Source: a virus
Taxonomy: Duplodnaviria; Caudoviricetes
Direction: 5' to 3' (one strand)
Virus record (IMG/VR): IMGVR_UViG_3300025838_000091
Location: 1-33,533 of that record
Length of the DNA stretch: 33,533 nt
The position numbers and the translations under genes are program-made. Below, in pieces: positions 15,835 through 24,409 of the stretch; position 1 is the first letter of the stretch, and each line of letters opens with the position of its first letter. Under the pieces are notes generated by a model. That model saw only the letters and a list, made by a program, of their open reading frames with translations. It did not search any database and was not told where the DNA came from.

Positions 15835-16545
15835 TTACAATTTGCCGCCAGTCTGATACTCAATCACAACGCCGATTACCCGCATCGCTGGGTCGTCAAT
15901 TTCTTTGGTTGGGTAAGCTGGGTTTAACGGTTTCAAATACCATGCAGATCCATCAGTTGTAAGCTTTTTGAACGTGGCTTTTTGATGGATCACGTCTTTT
16001 GCGACAACGTAATCGCCGGCTTTGGGTGCTCGCTCAGGATCCACGATAATAATGGTGCCTTCTGGAAAGCTTACACCAGCTCCGGTGCTGGTCATGCTGT
16101 CACCCTCCACCCGTAAAGCAAAGCTGGATTGAGAAGGGCTGGTGTGCAATGGGCTCGCCCACGTTTCGGCTTCGCCTGGCAAATTGAAATCTATCACGTC
16201 CCTTAATCCTCCGGCTTGAACCCACGAAATGATAGGTATTTGCACCAGCGGAATAGCAAAACTGGAAACATTTGATTCGTGGCGAAACATTGGTTTATCT
16301 GTCTGAGCGTCTAACCATCCTGGACTTAGGCCTAATTTATTTTCTATTAGGTCTTTCATATCTTCACCAATACGCTTAGCACCCTTCTTGCCTTGCTCAA
16401 AAATAATCCGAGCAATATAAGACGGGTCTTTGCCAAGCGCCCTTGCAATAGCGGCATTACTTTTTTCAAAAAATTCATCGCGCAAGAAAATAAATCTTGT
16501 GCGACGGAGTTCGTATTTGTCCATAGTTAGATCGTATGTGTTCAT
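15835..16545 (-). CDS. cI: CI-like repressor (HTH + S24 peptidase)
   Basis: N-terminal HTH, VQAG cleavage site, GDSM (Ser), TFKKL (Lys) and LKPLNP. Confidence 0.93.
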   Translation of the reverse strand: MNTYDLTMDKYELRRTRFIFLRDEFFEKSNAAIARALGKDPSYIARIIFEQGKKGAKRIGEDMKDLIENKLGLSPGWLDAQTDKPMFRHESNVSSFAIPLVQIPIISWVQAGGLRDVIDFNLPGEAETWASPLHTSPSQSSFALRVEGDSMTSTGAGVSFPEGTIIIVDPERAPKAGDYVVAKDVIHQKATFKKLTTDGSAWYLKPLNPAYPTKEIDDPAMRVIGVVIEYQTGGKL

Positions 16546-16565
16546 AGCTAAATTGTCCTAAATAA

Positions 16566-16622
16566 TTACTTGTAGGTAAATTCCCCAAAGGTATTGACAA
16601 AGTAGTTACCTACGGGTAATCT
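16566..16622 (+). promoter_or_regulatory. pR promoter with three OR operators
   Basis: TTGACA (16594-16599), 17 bp, TAATCT (16617-16622). TTACC-N4-GGTAA-like sites at 16566-16579, 16581-16594 and 16606-16619. Confidence 0.85.
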
Positions 16623-16650
16623 GTTTCAAAGATTTGAGGAAATCGCCGAA

Positions 16651-16890
16651 ATGGATAAGCTTTTAAGCCTACTGAATTCACTACCAGTCGAAGAACAAAG
16701 AGATCTCGCGCGTCGCTGTGGCACGTCTGTCGGCTACTTACGCAAAGCTCACAGCGCCAAGCAATTACTAGGCGCTGCGCTTTGTGTATTGCTCGAGAAC
16801 CAATTATCAGGGGCAGTAACCCGGCAAGACCTTCGTCCCGACGACTGGTCTTTGATCTGGCCTGAGCTGATTGAAAAGGTGAATTCATGA
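16651..16890 (+). CDS. cro: Cro/YdaS-like repressor
   Basis: LARRCGTSVGYLRK...GAVTRQDLRPDDW..IWPEL; divergent from cI. Confidence 0.85.
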   Translation: MDKLLSLLNSLPVEEQRDLARRCGTSVGYLRKAHSAKQLLGAALCVLLENQLSGAVTRQDLRPDDWSLIWPELIEKVNS

Positions 16891-17195
16891 GCGAAGTATC
16901 GGCCGCCCAGCTTGATTGCGCACGCAAGATCCACACACAGATCTTGAAGGGGCTTTCAACGGTGGGACAAGTTGAAATCGCAGCTCGCACAGGATCGAGC
17001 GAGTCGACTATTTCGCGACTGAAAGACGGTCAGTTGGATTTGCTATCGAACGTGCTGGCTGCGGCCGGTTTGAAAGTGGTGCCAGCTCAGTACAAATGTA
17101 TTGATCCTGCGATTGCTCAGGCCATGATGTTGATGTATCAGTCGGCCATGAAGCATATCGAAAATCCAGCCTCGCTTCTGTGGGGTGATGAATGA
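16887..17195 (+). CDS. cII: CII-like activator
   Basis: ARK....IL..L..VGQ..IA...G.SESTISR.K...LAAAGLKVVP; follows cro. Confidence 0.8.
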   Translation: MSEVSAAQLDCARKIHTQILKGLSTVGQVEIAARTGSSESTISRLKDGQLDLLSNVLAAAGLKVVPAQYKCIDPAIAQAMMLMYQSAMKHIENPASLLWGDE

Positions 17196-17590
17196 TTTTC
17201 AACCTAATCAACGAGGCTGTGAAACAGCGTGCTTGCGAAGCAATTATGCAAGCTGCCGAAGGCATGCGCGTCGAGATCAAAGAGCGTAAGAGATCGTTAG
17301 ATCAAAACGCTGCGCAGTGGCCCATCTTAGATGCCTTCTCGAAACAATTGAAGTGGCCTGTAAATGGCGAATTAACGGCGCTTACCCCCGAAGAGTTTAA
17401 AGACATTTTGACAGCTGCGTTTTATGGCGAAACCGTGAGGCTAGCCGCTGGGTTGAACGGTGGGGTTGTCATGCTTGGCAAGCGCACAAGCAAATTTAGC
17501 AAGAAGCAGTTTAGCGAGTGGCTTGAGTTTTTGAATTTTGTTGCGGCAGAGCGAGGCGTTGTTATTTATCACGACAAGAGGGCAGCATGA
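17192..17590 (+). CDS. ninB: NinB-family recombination protein
   Basis: RSLDQNA..W...FSKQ..W...G.RTSK...FSEWLE......AERGV. Confidence 0.85.
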   Translation: MIFNLINEAVKQRACEAIMQAAEGMRVEIKERKRSLDQNAAQWPILDAFSKQLKWPVNGELTALTPEEFKDILTAAFYGETVRLAAGLNGGVVMLGKRTSKFSKKQFSEWLEFLNFVAAERGVVIYHDKRAA

Positions 17591-18114
17591 ACGATCAGGT
17601 TGAATGGCGGTCAATTAAGGTCTATCCGCATTATCAGGTAAGCAACACTGGGCTTGTAAGAAGCGCAAACACAGAGTTGAAATTGATTCTGAAATCAACC
17701 GGATATATGTGTTGTTCTCTTAGTGGACATCAATTTTTAGTACACCGACTGGTTGCCGCTGCCTTTATTCCAAATCCTTTGAACAAGCCTCAGGTAAATC
17801 ACATCGACGGAAATCGGTCAAACAATTTTCTCGCAAACTTAGAGTGGACGACGGCTAGCGAAAATCAGCAGCATTCATGGGATTGCCTAGGAAGAATAAA
17901 TTACTTTCAAGGGAAGTTTGGCAAAGAGCATGTCACTAGTAAGGCTGTAATTGCGACCTGCATGAAAACTGGTAAAGAAACTTTTTTTCATGCTGGCATG
18001 GATGCCGTTAGGCTGGGGTTCAGAAGCGACAGTATAAGCAGAGCTTGTAACGGCGTTATTCGTCATCACGCCAAGCATTATTGGCGCTTTGCGGACGAAA
18101 GGATGGCAGCATGA
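17587..18114 (+). CDS. NUMOD4-HNH homing endonuclease
   Basis: EW..I..Y..YQVSN.G.VRS (NUMOD4), VHRLVA...VNHIDGNRSNN..NLEW (HNH_3), C-terminal NUMOD1-like ISRAC. Confidence 0.88.
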   Translation: MNDQVEWRSIKVYPHYQVSNTGLVRSANTELKLILKSTGYMCCSLSGHQFLVHRLVAAAFIPNPLNKPQVNHIDGNRSNNFLANLEWTTASENQQHSWDCLGRINYFQGKFGKEHVTSKAVIATCMKTGKETFFHAGMDAVRLGFRSDSISRACNGVIRHHAKHYWRFADERMAA

Positions 18115-18449
18115 TCGCAAAAGAAAACCCGTTGCGATCTGTGCGGCACCGGCGAGTAATTGCGTCGCTCGGATGCTCGATGTGTGGCATGGAAGGATTC
18201 ACACAAGCGGCGCATGTCAATTACGGCAAAAGCATTGGTCAGAAGGCGTGCGACTCGTTGACTTTTCCTATGTGCCAGTGGTGCCATCAGTTTTTAGACC
18301 AGAGCGGCAAGCTTTCAAAAGTAGCCCGCAGAAACTTAGAGGCTAGTTACGTCAACAGAACCAGATCCCTGCTGATTCGTCGCGGGATGTGGCCGGAGTT
18401 TGTTGAACAGGCATATCAAAGAGCAAAAAAATGGGAGATCACGGCGTGA
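18111..18449 (+). CDS. DUF968/DUF1364-like Zn-binding HNH-type nuclease
   Basis: CSMCG...QAAH....G.K.CD...P.C..CH; ATG at 18111. Confidence 0.7.
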   Translation: MIAKENPLRSVRHRRVIASLGCSMCGMEGFTQAAHVNYGKSIGQKACDSLTFPMCQWCHQFLDQSGKLSKVARRNLEASYVNRTRSLLIRRGMWPEFVEQAYQRAKKWEITA

Positions 18450-19195
18450 GGGTCGAAAAGATTGGAGACGCAACGCTTTACTTAGCCGATTGCAATGATG
18501 TTTTACCGCTGATCAAGGGGGGGGTGGATGCTGTGATTACTGACCCTCCTTACAGCGAAGTGACTCACAAAAATGCAAAAAGCAATCGGACTGTCGGTTA
18601 TGGAAATAAAGCGATTGATTTTTTACCAATAACTGCCGGTGAGCTTTCCAAAATCATTAGCGACTGTTCCTCAATATGCTCGGGCTGGTTTGTAGCAACG
18701 ATGGAATGGCGGCATATTGCAGAGTTCGAACAATCGCCTCCTTGCGGATGGGAATTTGTCCGGTTTGGAGTGTGGGTAAAGACCAATCCAATGCCGCAAA
18801 TTAGCGCAGACCGTCCGGCGCAAGGATGGGAAGGTATTGCTTATCTCTATTCCAAAAAAGGTGAAACCAAAAAGAGTTGGAATGGCGGCGGCTCTCATGG
18901 AAATTATGTAGGGGCTTTGGTTTCAGATGGCCTACACCCAACGGGCAAGCCTCTTGGATTGGTTCGCGGCTTTGTGGATAAATTTACAAACCCACTCGAA
19001 TTGATCCTGGATCCGTTTATGGGATCTGGTACCACAGGGGTTGCCGCGATTGAAATGGGCAGAAAGTTTATAGGCATCGAGCGGGAGGCCTCCTATTTTG
19101 AAATTGCGTGCGAACGAATAGAAAGGGCGACAAAGCAGATCGGCCTTTTCGACGAACCTAAACAAATCAAATTTGAGCAAGGGGCTTTGTTATGA
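18446..19195 (+). CDS. Orphan N6-adenine/N4-cytosine DNA methyltransferase (beta class)
   Basis: TDPPY, HPTGKP and LDPFMGSGTTG; GTG start at 18446. Confidence 0.9.
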   Translation: MRVEKIGDATLYLADCNDVLPLIKGGVDAVITDPPYSEVTHKNAKSNRTVGYGNKAIDFLPITAGELSKIISDCSSICSGWFVATMEWRHIAEFEQSPPCGWEFVRFGVWVKTNPMPQISADRPAQGWEGIAYLYSKKGETKKSWNGGGSHGNYVGALVSDGLHPTGKPLGLVRGFVDKFTNPLELILDPFMGSGTTGVAAIEMGRKFIGIEREASYFEIACERIERATKQIGLFDEPKQIKFEQGALL

Positions 19196-19479
19196 GAACC
19201 CAAATGGCAGAAACGTCCGTAGCCGCGTTTCATTCCTTCCGAATACCGGAGTTGCAGAATAAAGAAATAGAGGTTCTGGCGGCGATTCAAGAGGCTGGCA
19301 AATCCATGACTCGCGAGCAGATTGCTCAGATGTTGAATTGGAAAGAGTCAGCTGTTTGCGGTCGCGTAAATAGCTTGGTGTCAAAAGGTGTACTCGAAGA
19401 GTCTGGAACCGTTAAGACATCAAGCGGTCGGTCGGCAAAGTTGGTTGGGTTGCCAGTGATTCAAAGGAGTTTGTTTTGA
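19192..19479 (+). CDS. Winged-helix DNA-binding protein
   Basis: MTREQIAQML...SAVCGRVNSLVSKGVL. Confidence 0.75.
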   Translation: MRTQMAETSVAAFHSFRIPELQNKEIEVLAAIQEAGKSMTREQIAQMLNWKESAVCGRVNSLVSKGVLEESGTVKTSSGRSAKLVGLPVIQRSLF

Positions 19480-20390
19480 GCGAGTTGCCAACACCATTAA
19501 CTTCGCTCGATTGCGATTTGCGCGATTTTGCTTTTATGCCGCTTGATGTTGTTCGTTTGCGCGATAGTGATTTGTCCGCAGTATCAAGTGGGGACGAGTT
19601 CCGTTGCGCCGTTCTTTTGTGGTGTGCGAGTTGGCACCAGGTACCCGCAGCCAGCCTGCCAGATGATGATGTCGTTCTATCTCAGTTTGCGGGGTACGGG
19701 AGGGTTATCAAAGAATGGTTAAAGGTAAAGGAAGGATCTCTGCGCGGCTGGATTAAATGTTCAGACGGAAGGCTGTATCACCCTGTAATTGCCGAAAAAG
19801 CCAACGAAGCGATGGCCGGAAAAATCAAATATAGGACAGCAAAGGAGGCAGAAAGACAGCGTAAAGAAAAATCAAAACAGAAAAATTCCGGCGGAAAAAT
19901 GGAAATTTCCGGCGGAAAAGATGAAATTTCCGACGGAAAAAGTACAGATAGACAAGAACCATCCGGCGGAAATCCGGCGGAAAACGCTCTTATAGGGACA
20001 GTGGACAGGGACAGTGGACAGGGACAGGGATGTAAATCGTCGGCAAACCCGCCGATTTTCGACGATGACGAAATTCCCGCTGACCGGCAAAGGTGGATCG
20101 AGTTTTTCAGGGACGAGTGTGCAGTCGATGTCGATGCCTACAGCATTCACGACAGAACGAAGTTTTTCCCGTTGACTGCTCAGTGGATCAAATCGGGCGT
20201 TTCGATTGGGCGAATGAGAAAGGCGATTAGCTATGCCTACGCAAATGCAAAAGAGGGATTTGGCTACCTTCCCGCCTACGTTGACCGTGTTTTGGCAAGC
20301 CAATCCAGACCACCTCGCGAAAACAAGCAGGAAGCTCTCGAAGCTCGAAATCAAGCCATCGTTGATGAAATGATGAGGACAGTCCAATGA
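19476..20390 (+). CDS. Replication initiator, DUF1376/YdaU family
   Basis: DLRDFAFMPLDVVRLRDS, WHQVPAASLPDDD and DGRLYHP motifs; contains internal iterons. Confidence 0.8.
   Translation: MSELPTPLTSLDCDLRDFAFMPLDVVRLRDSDLSAVSSGDEFRCAVLLWCASWHQVPAASLPDDDVVLSQFAGYGRVIKEWLKVKEGSLRGWIKCSDGRLYHPVIAEKANEAMAGKIKYRTAKEAERQRKEKSKQKNSGGKMEISGGKDEISDGKSTDRQEPSGGNPAENALIGTVDRDSGQGQGCKSSANPPIFDDDEIPADRQRWIEFFRDECAVDVDAYSIHDRTKFFPLTAQWIKSGVSIGRMRKAISYAYANAKEGFGYLPAYVDRVLASQSRPPRENKQEALEARNQAIVDEMMRTVQ
19886..20030. repeat. Replication origin iterons within the initiator gene
   Basis: TCCG(G/A)CGGAAA x5 (19886, 19907, 19928 at a 21-bp period; 19961, 19972), then GGACAG-type repeats at 19994-20030. Confidence 0.75.
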
Positions 20391-21040
20391 TTGATTCTGA
20401 CAAAAAGAATTTTTTATCTTTGATCTCGAACGTTTATGCGTTTTACCGACAGGATTTTTCGACTTTTGCCGGATTGGTCTGGTGGGAGGCAATGAGGCCG
20501 TTTGATTTTGCCGCGGTAAGCGACGCATTAAATCGCCATTGCATCAACCCCGACAACGGCCAATTTATGCCCAAACCCGCCGATGTCGTCCGAATGCTTC
20601 AAGGGTCAAGCAAAGATGCTGCCTTGATTGCTTGGTCAAAGGTTGATCGTGCTGTTCGGGTTGTCGGCACATATGAGAGCGTAATTTTTGATGATGCTCT
20701 GATCCACCGGGTGATCACGGATATGGGTGGCTGGATTCAACTTGGTCATAAAAAGGAGGAAGAGTGGCCTTTCGTTAAAAACGAGTTTGAAAATCGTTAT
20801 AGAGGCTATTCCTTAAGACAAGAAAAACCGGAATATCCAAAGGTATTAATCGGGATTTCGCAGAGTCAAAACGATCAAATGGGGTTGTCATCAAATTTGC
20901 CTCGACTGATCGGCCATCCAGCGCGTGCGCAACTTGTTTTTGATAATGGCGGCATACAGGCCGAGCCCATCCTCAGGTTGAATGAATCTTTGACAAGTTT
21001 GTCGATTGCGACGGATGACAGCCATAGGGTGGCTGCATGA
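20387..21040 (+). CDS. Replication-associated protein (DUF6475, helicase-loader-like position)
   Basis: QFMPKPAD, AW.KV..AV..VG.Y.SV.FDD..IH..I..MGGW; follows the initiator. Confidence 0.75.
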   Translation: MIDSDKKNFLSLISNVYAFYRQDFSTFAGLVWWEAMRPFDFAAVSDALNRHCINPDNGQFMPKPADVVRMLQGSSKDAALIAWSKVDRAVRVVGTYESVIFDDALIHRVITDMGGWIQLGHKKEEEWPFVKNEFENRYRGYSLRQEKPEYPKVLIGISQSQNDQMGLSSNLPRLIGHPARAQLVFDNGGIQAEPILRLNESLTSLSIATDDSHRVAA

Positions 21041-21216
21041 CTCACAAACACGGTCCCGTTTATCAACTTAAAACCTGCATCGATTGCGCTGCCGCTTTGA
21101 TTCGATCTGCAAGGCCAAACCGAAAACTGCAGGACACACGCATTTATTTTTTAACTCGGTACCGAGGCTGGGATAGAGAAGTGCTGATTAACCATTTGAG
21201 GGCAACCAATGTTTAA
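21037..21216 (+). CDS. Hypothetical 59-aa protein (CxxC), absent from the ORF track
   Basis: ATGA overlap; MTHKHGPVYQLKTCIDCAAALIRSARP...; fills the operon gap. Confidence 0.6.
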   Translation: MTHKHGPVYQLKTCIDCAAALIRSARPNRKLQDTRIYFLTRYRGWDREVLINHLRATNV

Positions 21217-21442
21217 CGAAATGTTAAAGGAAGCAGGAAAGGCGGCAGGCGAGGCTCGTCGAGTTTATGGAGTCGATTCTCATGAATACAAAGCTGCGAT
21301 CGACAAAATTGACGAGATCAATCACTACTGGAAACAGAGCGCACCAAGGATGTTTATTGCGCCGGACGATCCAGACTTGCTCGAGAGACTGGCGGCGCTG
21401 GATGCTCGTAATGCTCTAGCCAAGGCGCAGAAAATTCAATGA
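21209..21442 (+). CDS. Hypothetical protein
   Basis: 77-aa coupled ORF with GAGG RBS. Confidence 0.6.
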   Translation: MFNEMLKEAGKAAGEARRVYGVDSHEYKAAIDKIDEINHYWKQSAPRMFIAPDDPDLLERLAALDARNALAKAQKIQ

Positions 21443-21831
21443 TTATTGTCGTGACCCCGTTCCCACCGAGCGTCAATCATTACTACGGTATTGGTCGCGG
21501 CGGTCGCAAGTTTATTAAACCGGCTGGGGTTGAGTATCGGGCGGCTGTGTTGAATTACGTCACTAGATACAGGATCAAGGCACCGGATGGAAGGTTGCAG
21601 GTCGGCATTCACCTGTACCCGCCAGATAAGCGGCGACGCGACATCGATAATCCGTGCAAAGCAGTTTTAGATGCGCTAACCCATGCCGGAGTCTATCAAG
21701 ATGATTGTCTGATCGATGATCTAAGAGTGACCAGAATGCCCGTCGTCGAGGGCGGGATGCTCAGAATTTTTATTTCTCAATACATGCCAATCAAAGAGGT
21801 GGAATATGACCAAGCAAAAATCAAACGATAA
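21439..21831 (+). CDS. rusA: RusA Holliday junction resolvase
   Basis: PFPPSVNHY, PPDKRRRDIDN..K...DAL..AGV..DD..I. Confidence 0.9.
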   Translation: MIIVVTPFPPSVNHYYGIGRGGRKFIKPAGVEYRAAVLNYVTRYRIKAPDGRLQVGIHLYPPDKRRRDIDNPCKAVLDALTHAGVYQDDCLIDDLRVTRMPVVEGGMLRIFISQYMPIKEVEYDQAKIKR

Positions 21832-21970
21832 AGTCGCAACGGCACGTCAGCTTTTTATCAATCGACCATATAAGCCTGATATGGCGTTGAAAGTAGCGGC
21901 AAAGCGGGCACAAATTCAGCCAGAGCTGGTGTCGGTGACAAGTCGAGTTCCAGAGATTCGCCGCCCGTGA
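21806..21970 (+). CDS. Hypothetical basic 54-aa protein, absent from the ORF track
   Basis: GAGGTGG RBS, ATG at 21806; GTGA overlap with the next gene. Confidence 0.55.
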   Translation: MTKQKSNDKVATARQLFINRPYKPDMALKVAAKRAQIQPELVSVTSRVPEIRRP

Positions 21971-22374
21971 AAATTAGCTATTCAAAACTCATCAAGATAC
22001 GCGACAGCGCAGGCTATTTGTCGAATGACTTTTTGAGTGCCTGTGCCGAGCATGCGGAAACTAGTCCAGATCTGGTTTTTAAGGCTTATTTCTCAAAGTT
22101 TAAAAAAACTTATCACTTATCTAGCGATACCGTACCCATCGGCGGCGCAGTTTACGAAGAGTTGCGACAGCGTTTTTTTAAAGAGATTTTGAATCACAAG
22201 CGTTTGGTTGCTCTTATCGAATGCCCGGTTGACGGCGTTACTCCGCTGCACGAGTTGGGCGATCAGATCGGCCTGACGAAGGAAAGGGCTCGGCAAATCG
22301 AAAGAAATGCTTTGAGGCACATCGCAAAGGTGATGAAACGCACGTTCAAGGCATCAGATTTAATGGAGGCATAA
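21967..22374 (+). CDS. Sigma70 region 4-like HTH protein
   Basis: PLHELGDQIGLTKERARQIERNALRHI resembles sigma70 region 4.2. Confidence 0.7.
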   Translation: MKISYSKLIKIRDSAGYLSNDFLSACAEHAETSPDLVFKAYFSKFKKTYHLSSDTVPIGGAVYEELRQRFFKEILNHKRLVALIECPVDGVTPLHELGDQIGLTKERARQIERNALRHIAKVMKRTFKASDLMEA

Positions 22375-22605
22375 ATGGCATACGAATCTTGGATGTATGG
22401 CGACCCTGAGTTTGTTGCGCTTCGTAAAGAGGCTGAGCGGCTGCGCAAGGATGCGGCTTGCGGTGAGTGTGTTCATAAGCGCTCAATAGAAATTAACCGA
22501 GAGGTTCACAACGCCTGCGAATTTAAACGTCGAGTTTATGGCAAGCGCTGCGAACTTTTCAAGCGCGACCAATCTGTCGTTTATTTTGAGGATTCGTGCA
22601 AATGA
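22375..22605 (+). CDS. Hypothetical Cys-rich protein
   Basis: GGAGG RBS; YGDP...CGECVH...C...YGKRC. Confidence 0.65.
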   Translation: MAYESWMYGDPEFVALRKEAERLRKDAACGECVHKRSIEINREVHNACEFKRRVYGKRCELFKRDQSVVYFEDSCK

Positions 22606-23009
22606 CCCGCGACCAATCGGAACAAATCGAAACCTTATTCACAATCTGGTGGGAACAACAGAATTCGTGGCGCATGCGCCTCGGTGCTCCGACTTCGGCC
22701 ATTTATTCACGTCACGCTCAATCGACAGATATTTATACAGATGGCGACGATATTGACGCGCGAATCGATAAAGAAACGGCAAACGCTGTTGAAAAAATTA
22801 TGCGCGACACGCTTAGCTTCGCCCAGTACAACGCCATTGAAATTCACGCACGAAACAGAGTTAACAAAATATCAGTGTTCCGCAGTGGTCGGGTCAAGCC
22901 AGAAGAAGCGCATGCCGTGTATACCGAGGCAAAAGAGACTTTATGTCCACACCTAATTCGCGGGGGGCTAGTAAAAAGAGTTGAACAGGAGCAAAATCGG
23001 TGGAAGTAA
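22602..23009 (+). CDS. Hypothetical protein, probable late-gene regulator (Q position)
   Basis: Last large gene of the early-right operon before the terminators and packaging genes; ATG at 22602. Function inferred from position only. Confidence 0.45.
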   Translation: MTRDQSEQIETLFTIWWEQQNSWRMRLGAPTSAIYSRHAQSTDIYTDGDDIDARIDKETANAVEKIMRDTLSFAQYNAIEIHARNRVNKISVFRSGRVKPEEAHAVYTEAKETLCPHLIRGGLVKRVEQEQNRWK

Positions 23010-23053
23010 TTGCAATACAAAACAGTGATTTTTCATTTAAAAGGGAGTTGATA

Positions 23054-23212
23054 GTGGAATCGATATTTGGCGGATTCATTTTTGTATTGATTTTGTTTTT
23101 GTTTGGCCGAGAGATTTTTTGCTGGTACTTCAAGATCAATAAAACGATTGCTGTGCTTGAGCGTATTGAGAGCGAGATCAAGTATCTCAACGACACCAAT
23201 GTTGCTCAGTAG
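23054..23212 (+). CDS. Small single-TM membrane protein
   Basis: GGGAG RBS, GTG at 23054; hydrophobic N-terminus, then REIFCWYFKIN. Confidence 0.55.
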   Translation: MESIFGGFIFVLILFLFGREIFCWYFKINKTIAVLERIESEIKYLNDTNVAQ

Positions 23213-23348
23213 AGACAAAATATTTTTATGTTGTTTTTGAATAAAAATCCTTCATAATAATTACAGGTCGGGAAAGTTGCGCCCGATTGAAACGTAATTG
23301 CCGCTTCGCAAAAAGCTGCCATCCAGGTGCGATTCGTTAAAACCAATT

Positions 23349-23380
23349 AAGCTCGTAGATTAAAAGTCTGCGGGCTTTTT
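23349..23380 (+). terminator. Rho-independent terminator (tR'-like)
   Basis: AAGCTCGTAGAT-TAAAA-GTCTGCGGGCTT followed by TTT. Confidence 0.65.
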
Positions 23381-23415
23381 ATTTTGTCTCCTTGTTTGAG
23401 TGTTTCTCAAACCTT

Positions 23416-23440
23416 GACCGTCTCGCAGGCGGTCTTTTTT
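23416..23440 (+). terminator. Rho-independent terminator
   Basis: GACCGTCT-CGC-AGGCGGTC followed by TTTTTT. Confidence 0.65.
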
Positions 23441-23444
23441 ATAC

Positions 23445-24293
23445 ATGCCAGCCAGACCTAAAAGCACTTGCCGAAAAGATGGTTGTGTTGTTCTGCTGGA
23501 TAGGCCGGGCTTCTGTTCCGATCACAAGCCTCAGGCATTCGCCAACAAGTCGGTGCGTGGCGCTTATGGCTACGATTGGTCCAAGCGGATCCGGCCAGCC
23601 GTGATGCGGCGAGATAATGGCCTGTGCCAAGTATGCAAGTCCAGGGGTATCTTGAGCCCAGCACAAGAGGTTGATCATATCGTCAATATTGCAGAGGGCG
23701 GCTCGGACAGCTTCGATAACCTGCAAGCCATCTGTATTGAATGCCATCGCGCCAAGACGAACAAAGAAAAGAAGGGCTCGCATAAAGGGCAGCCGTTGAC
23801 CGATGATCTGATACATCCCAACTGGATACGTCGGGCGGCTATGCCCGTCACGATAGTCTGCGGTGCCGCTGGCTCAGGTAAGTCGACCTACGTCGCTACG
23901 CACTTGAGCGATGGGGACATCGTCATTGACCTTGACGCCATTCGTCTATCTCTCGGCCTATCCCTAGATGACAAGTCGACCGATGCCATAGGGGAGTGCC
24001 TAGCAACTCGTAATCGAATGCTGGATGCCCTCCACACAAAAATCACAGACAAACAAGCGTGGTTCATCGTATCGGAGCCTGTCGGGTTATTTCGAGAGGA
24101 CTGGGCAAAGATGCTCGGTGCCGAGAAGGTGCTTGTAATGATGACACCGTTAAACGAATGCTTAAGCCGCATCAATGCGACTCGGTCAGGTTTTCATAAG
24201 GTCAAAAGCCTTCATGCAGCACAGGTCTGGTGGGATAAATATGAGCCATCCTCGATTGATACGGTCATATCGGTGGGCGCACGGGGTCTCTGA
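23445..24293 (+). CDS. Terminase-associated HNH endonuclease fused to a P-loop NTPase/kinase-like domain
   Basis: RD..LCQVC...EVDHI...GG....NLQAIC..CH..KT, then VCGAAGSGKSTY...VIDLD. Confidence 0.85.
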   Translation: MPARPKSTCRKDGCVVLLDRPGFCSDHKPQAFANKSVRGAYGYDWSKRIRPAVMRRDNGLCQVCKSRGILSPAQEVDHIVNIAEGGSDSFDNLQAICIECHRAKTNKEKKGSHKGQPLTDDLIHPNWIRRAAMPVTIVCGAAGSGKSTYVATHLSDGDIVIDLDAIRLSLGLSLDDKSTDAIGECLATRNRMLDALHTKITDKQAWFIVSEPVGLFREDWAKMLGAEKVLVMMTPLNECLSRINATRSGFHKVKSLHAAQVWWDKYEPSSIDTVISVGARGL

Positions 24294-24295
24294 AG

Positions 24296-24395
24296 CAGGG
24301 CGGGGGTGGTTGAATCTCTGCAAGATGACCGAAGATAACCGAATTTGCAGCTCTTTTTTTACAGCCGCGTTTTAAAGTAGGGTGGGGTTTCCCCG
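24296..24395. other. Probable cos (packaging) region
   Basis: Non-coding gap between HNH and terS with a G-run, AATCTCTG and TTTTTTACAGCCGCG, as at cos sites of HK97-like phages. The exact cut site cannot be determined. Confidence 0.5.
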
Positions 24396-24409
24396 TTTTG
24401 GAGCATTAC

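Noticed and set aside
18446-19195. Restriction-modification system
   Set aside because: No cognate restriction endonuclease is recognisable, and orphan methyltransferases are routine in nin regions.
19872-20528. 218-aa antisense ORF and other long antisense ORFs in the structural genes
   Set aside because: They lie opposite well-supported genes, show no recognisable motifs, and are most likely shadow frames.
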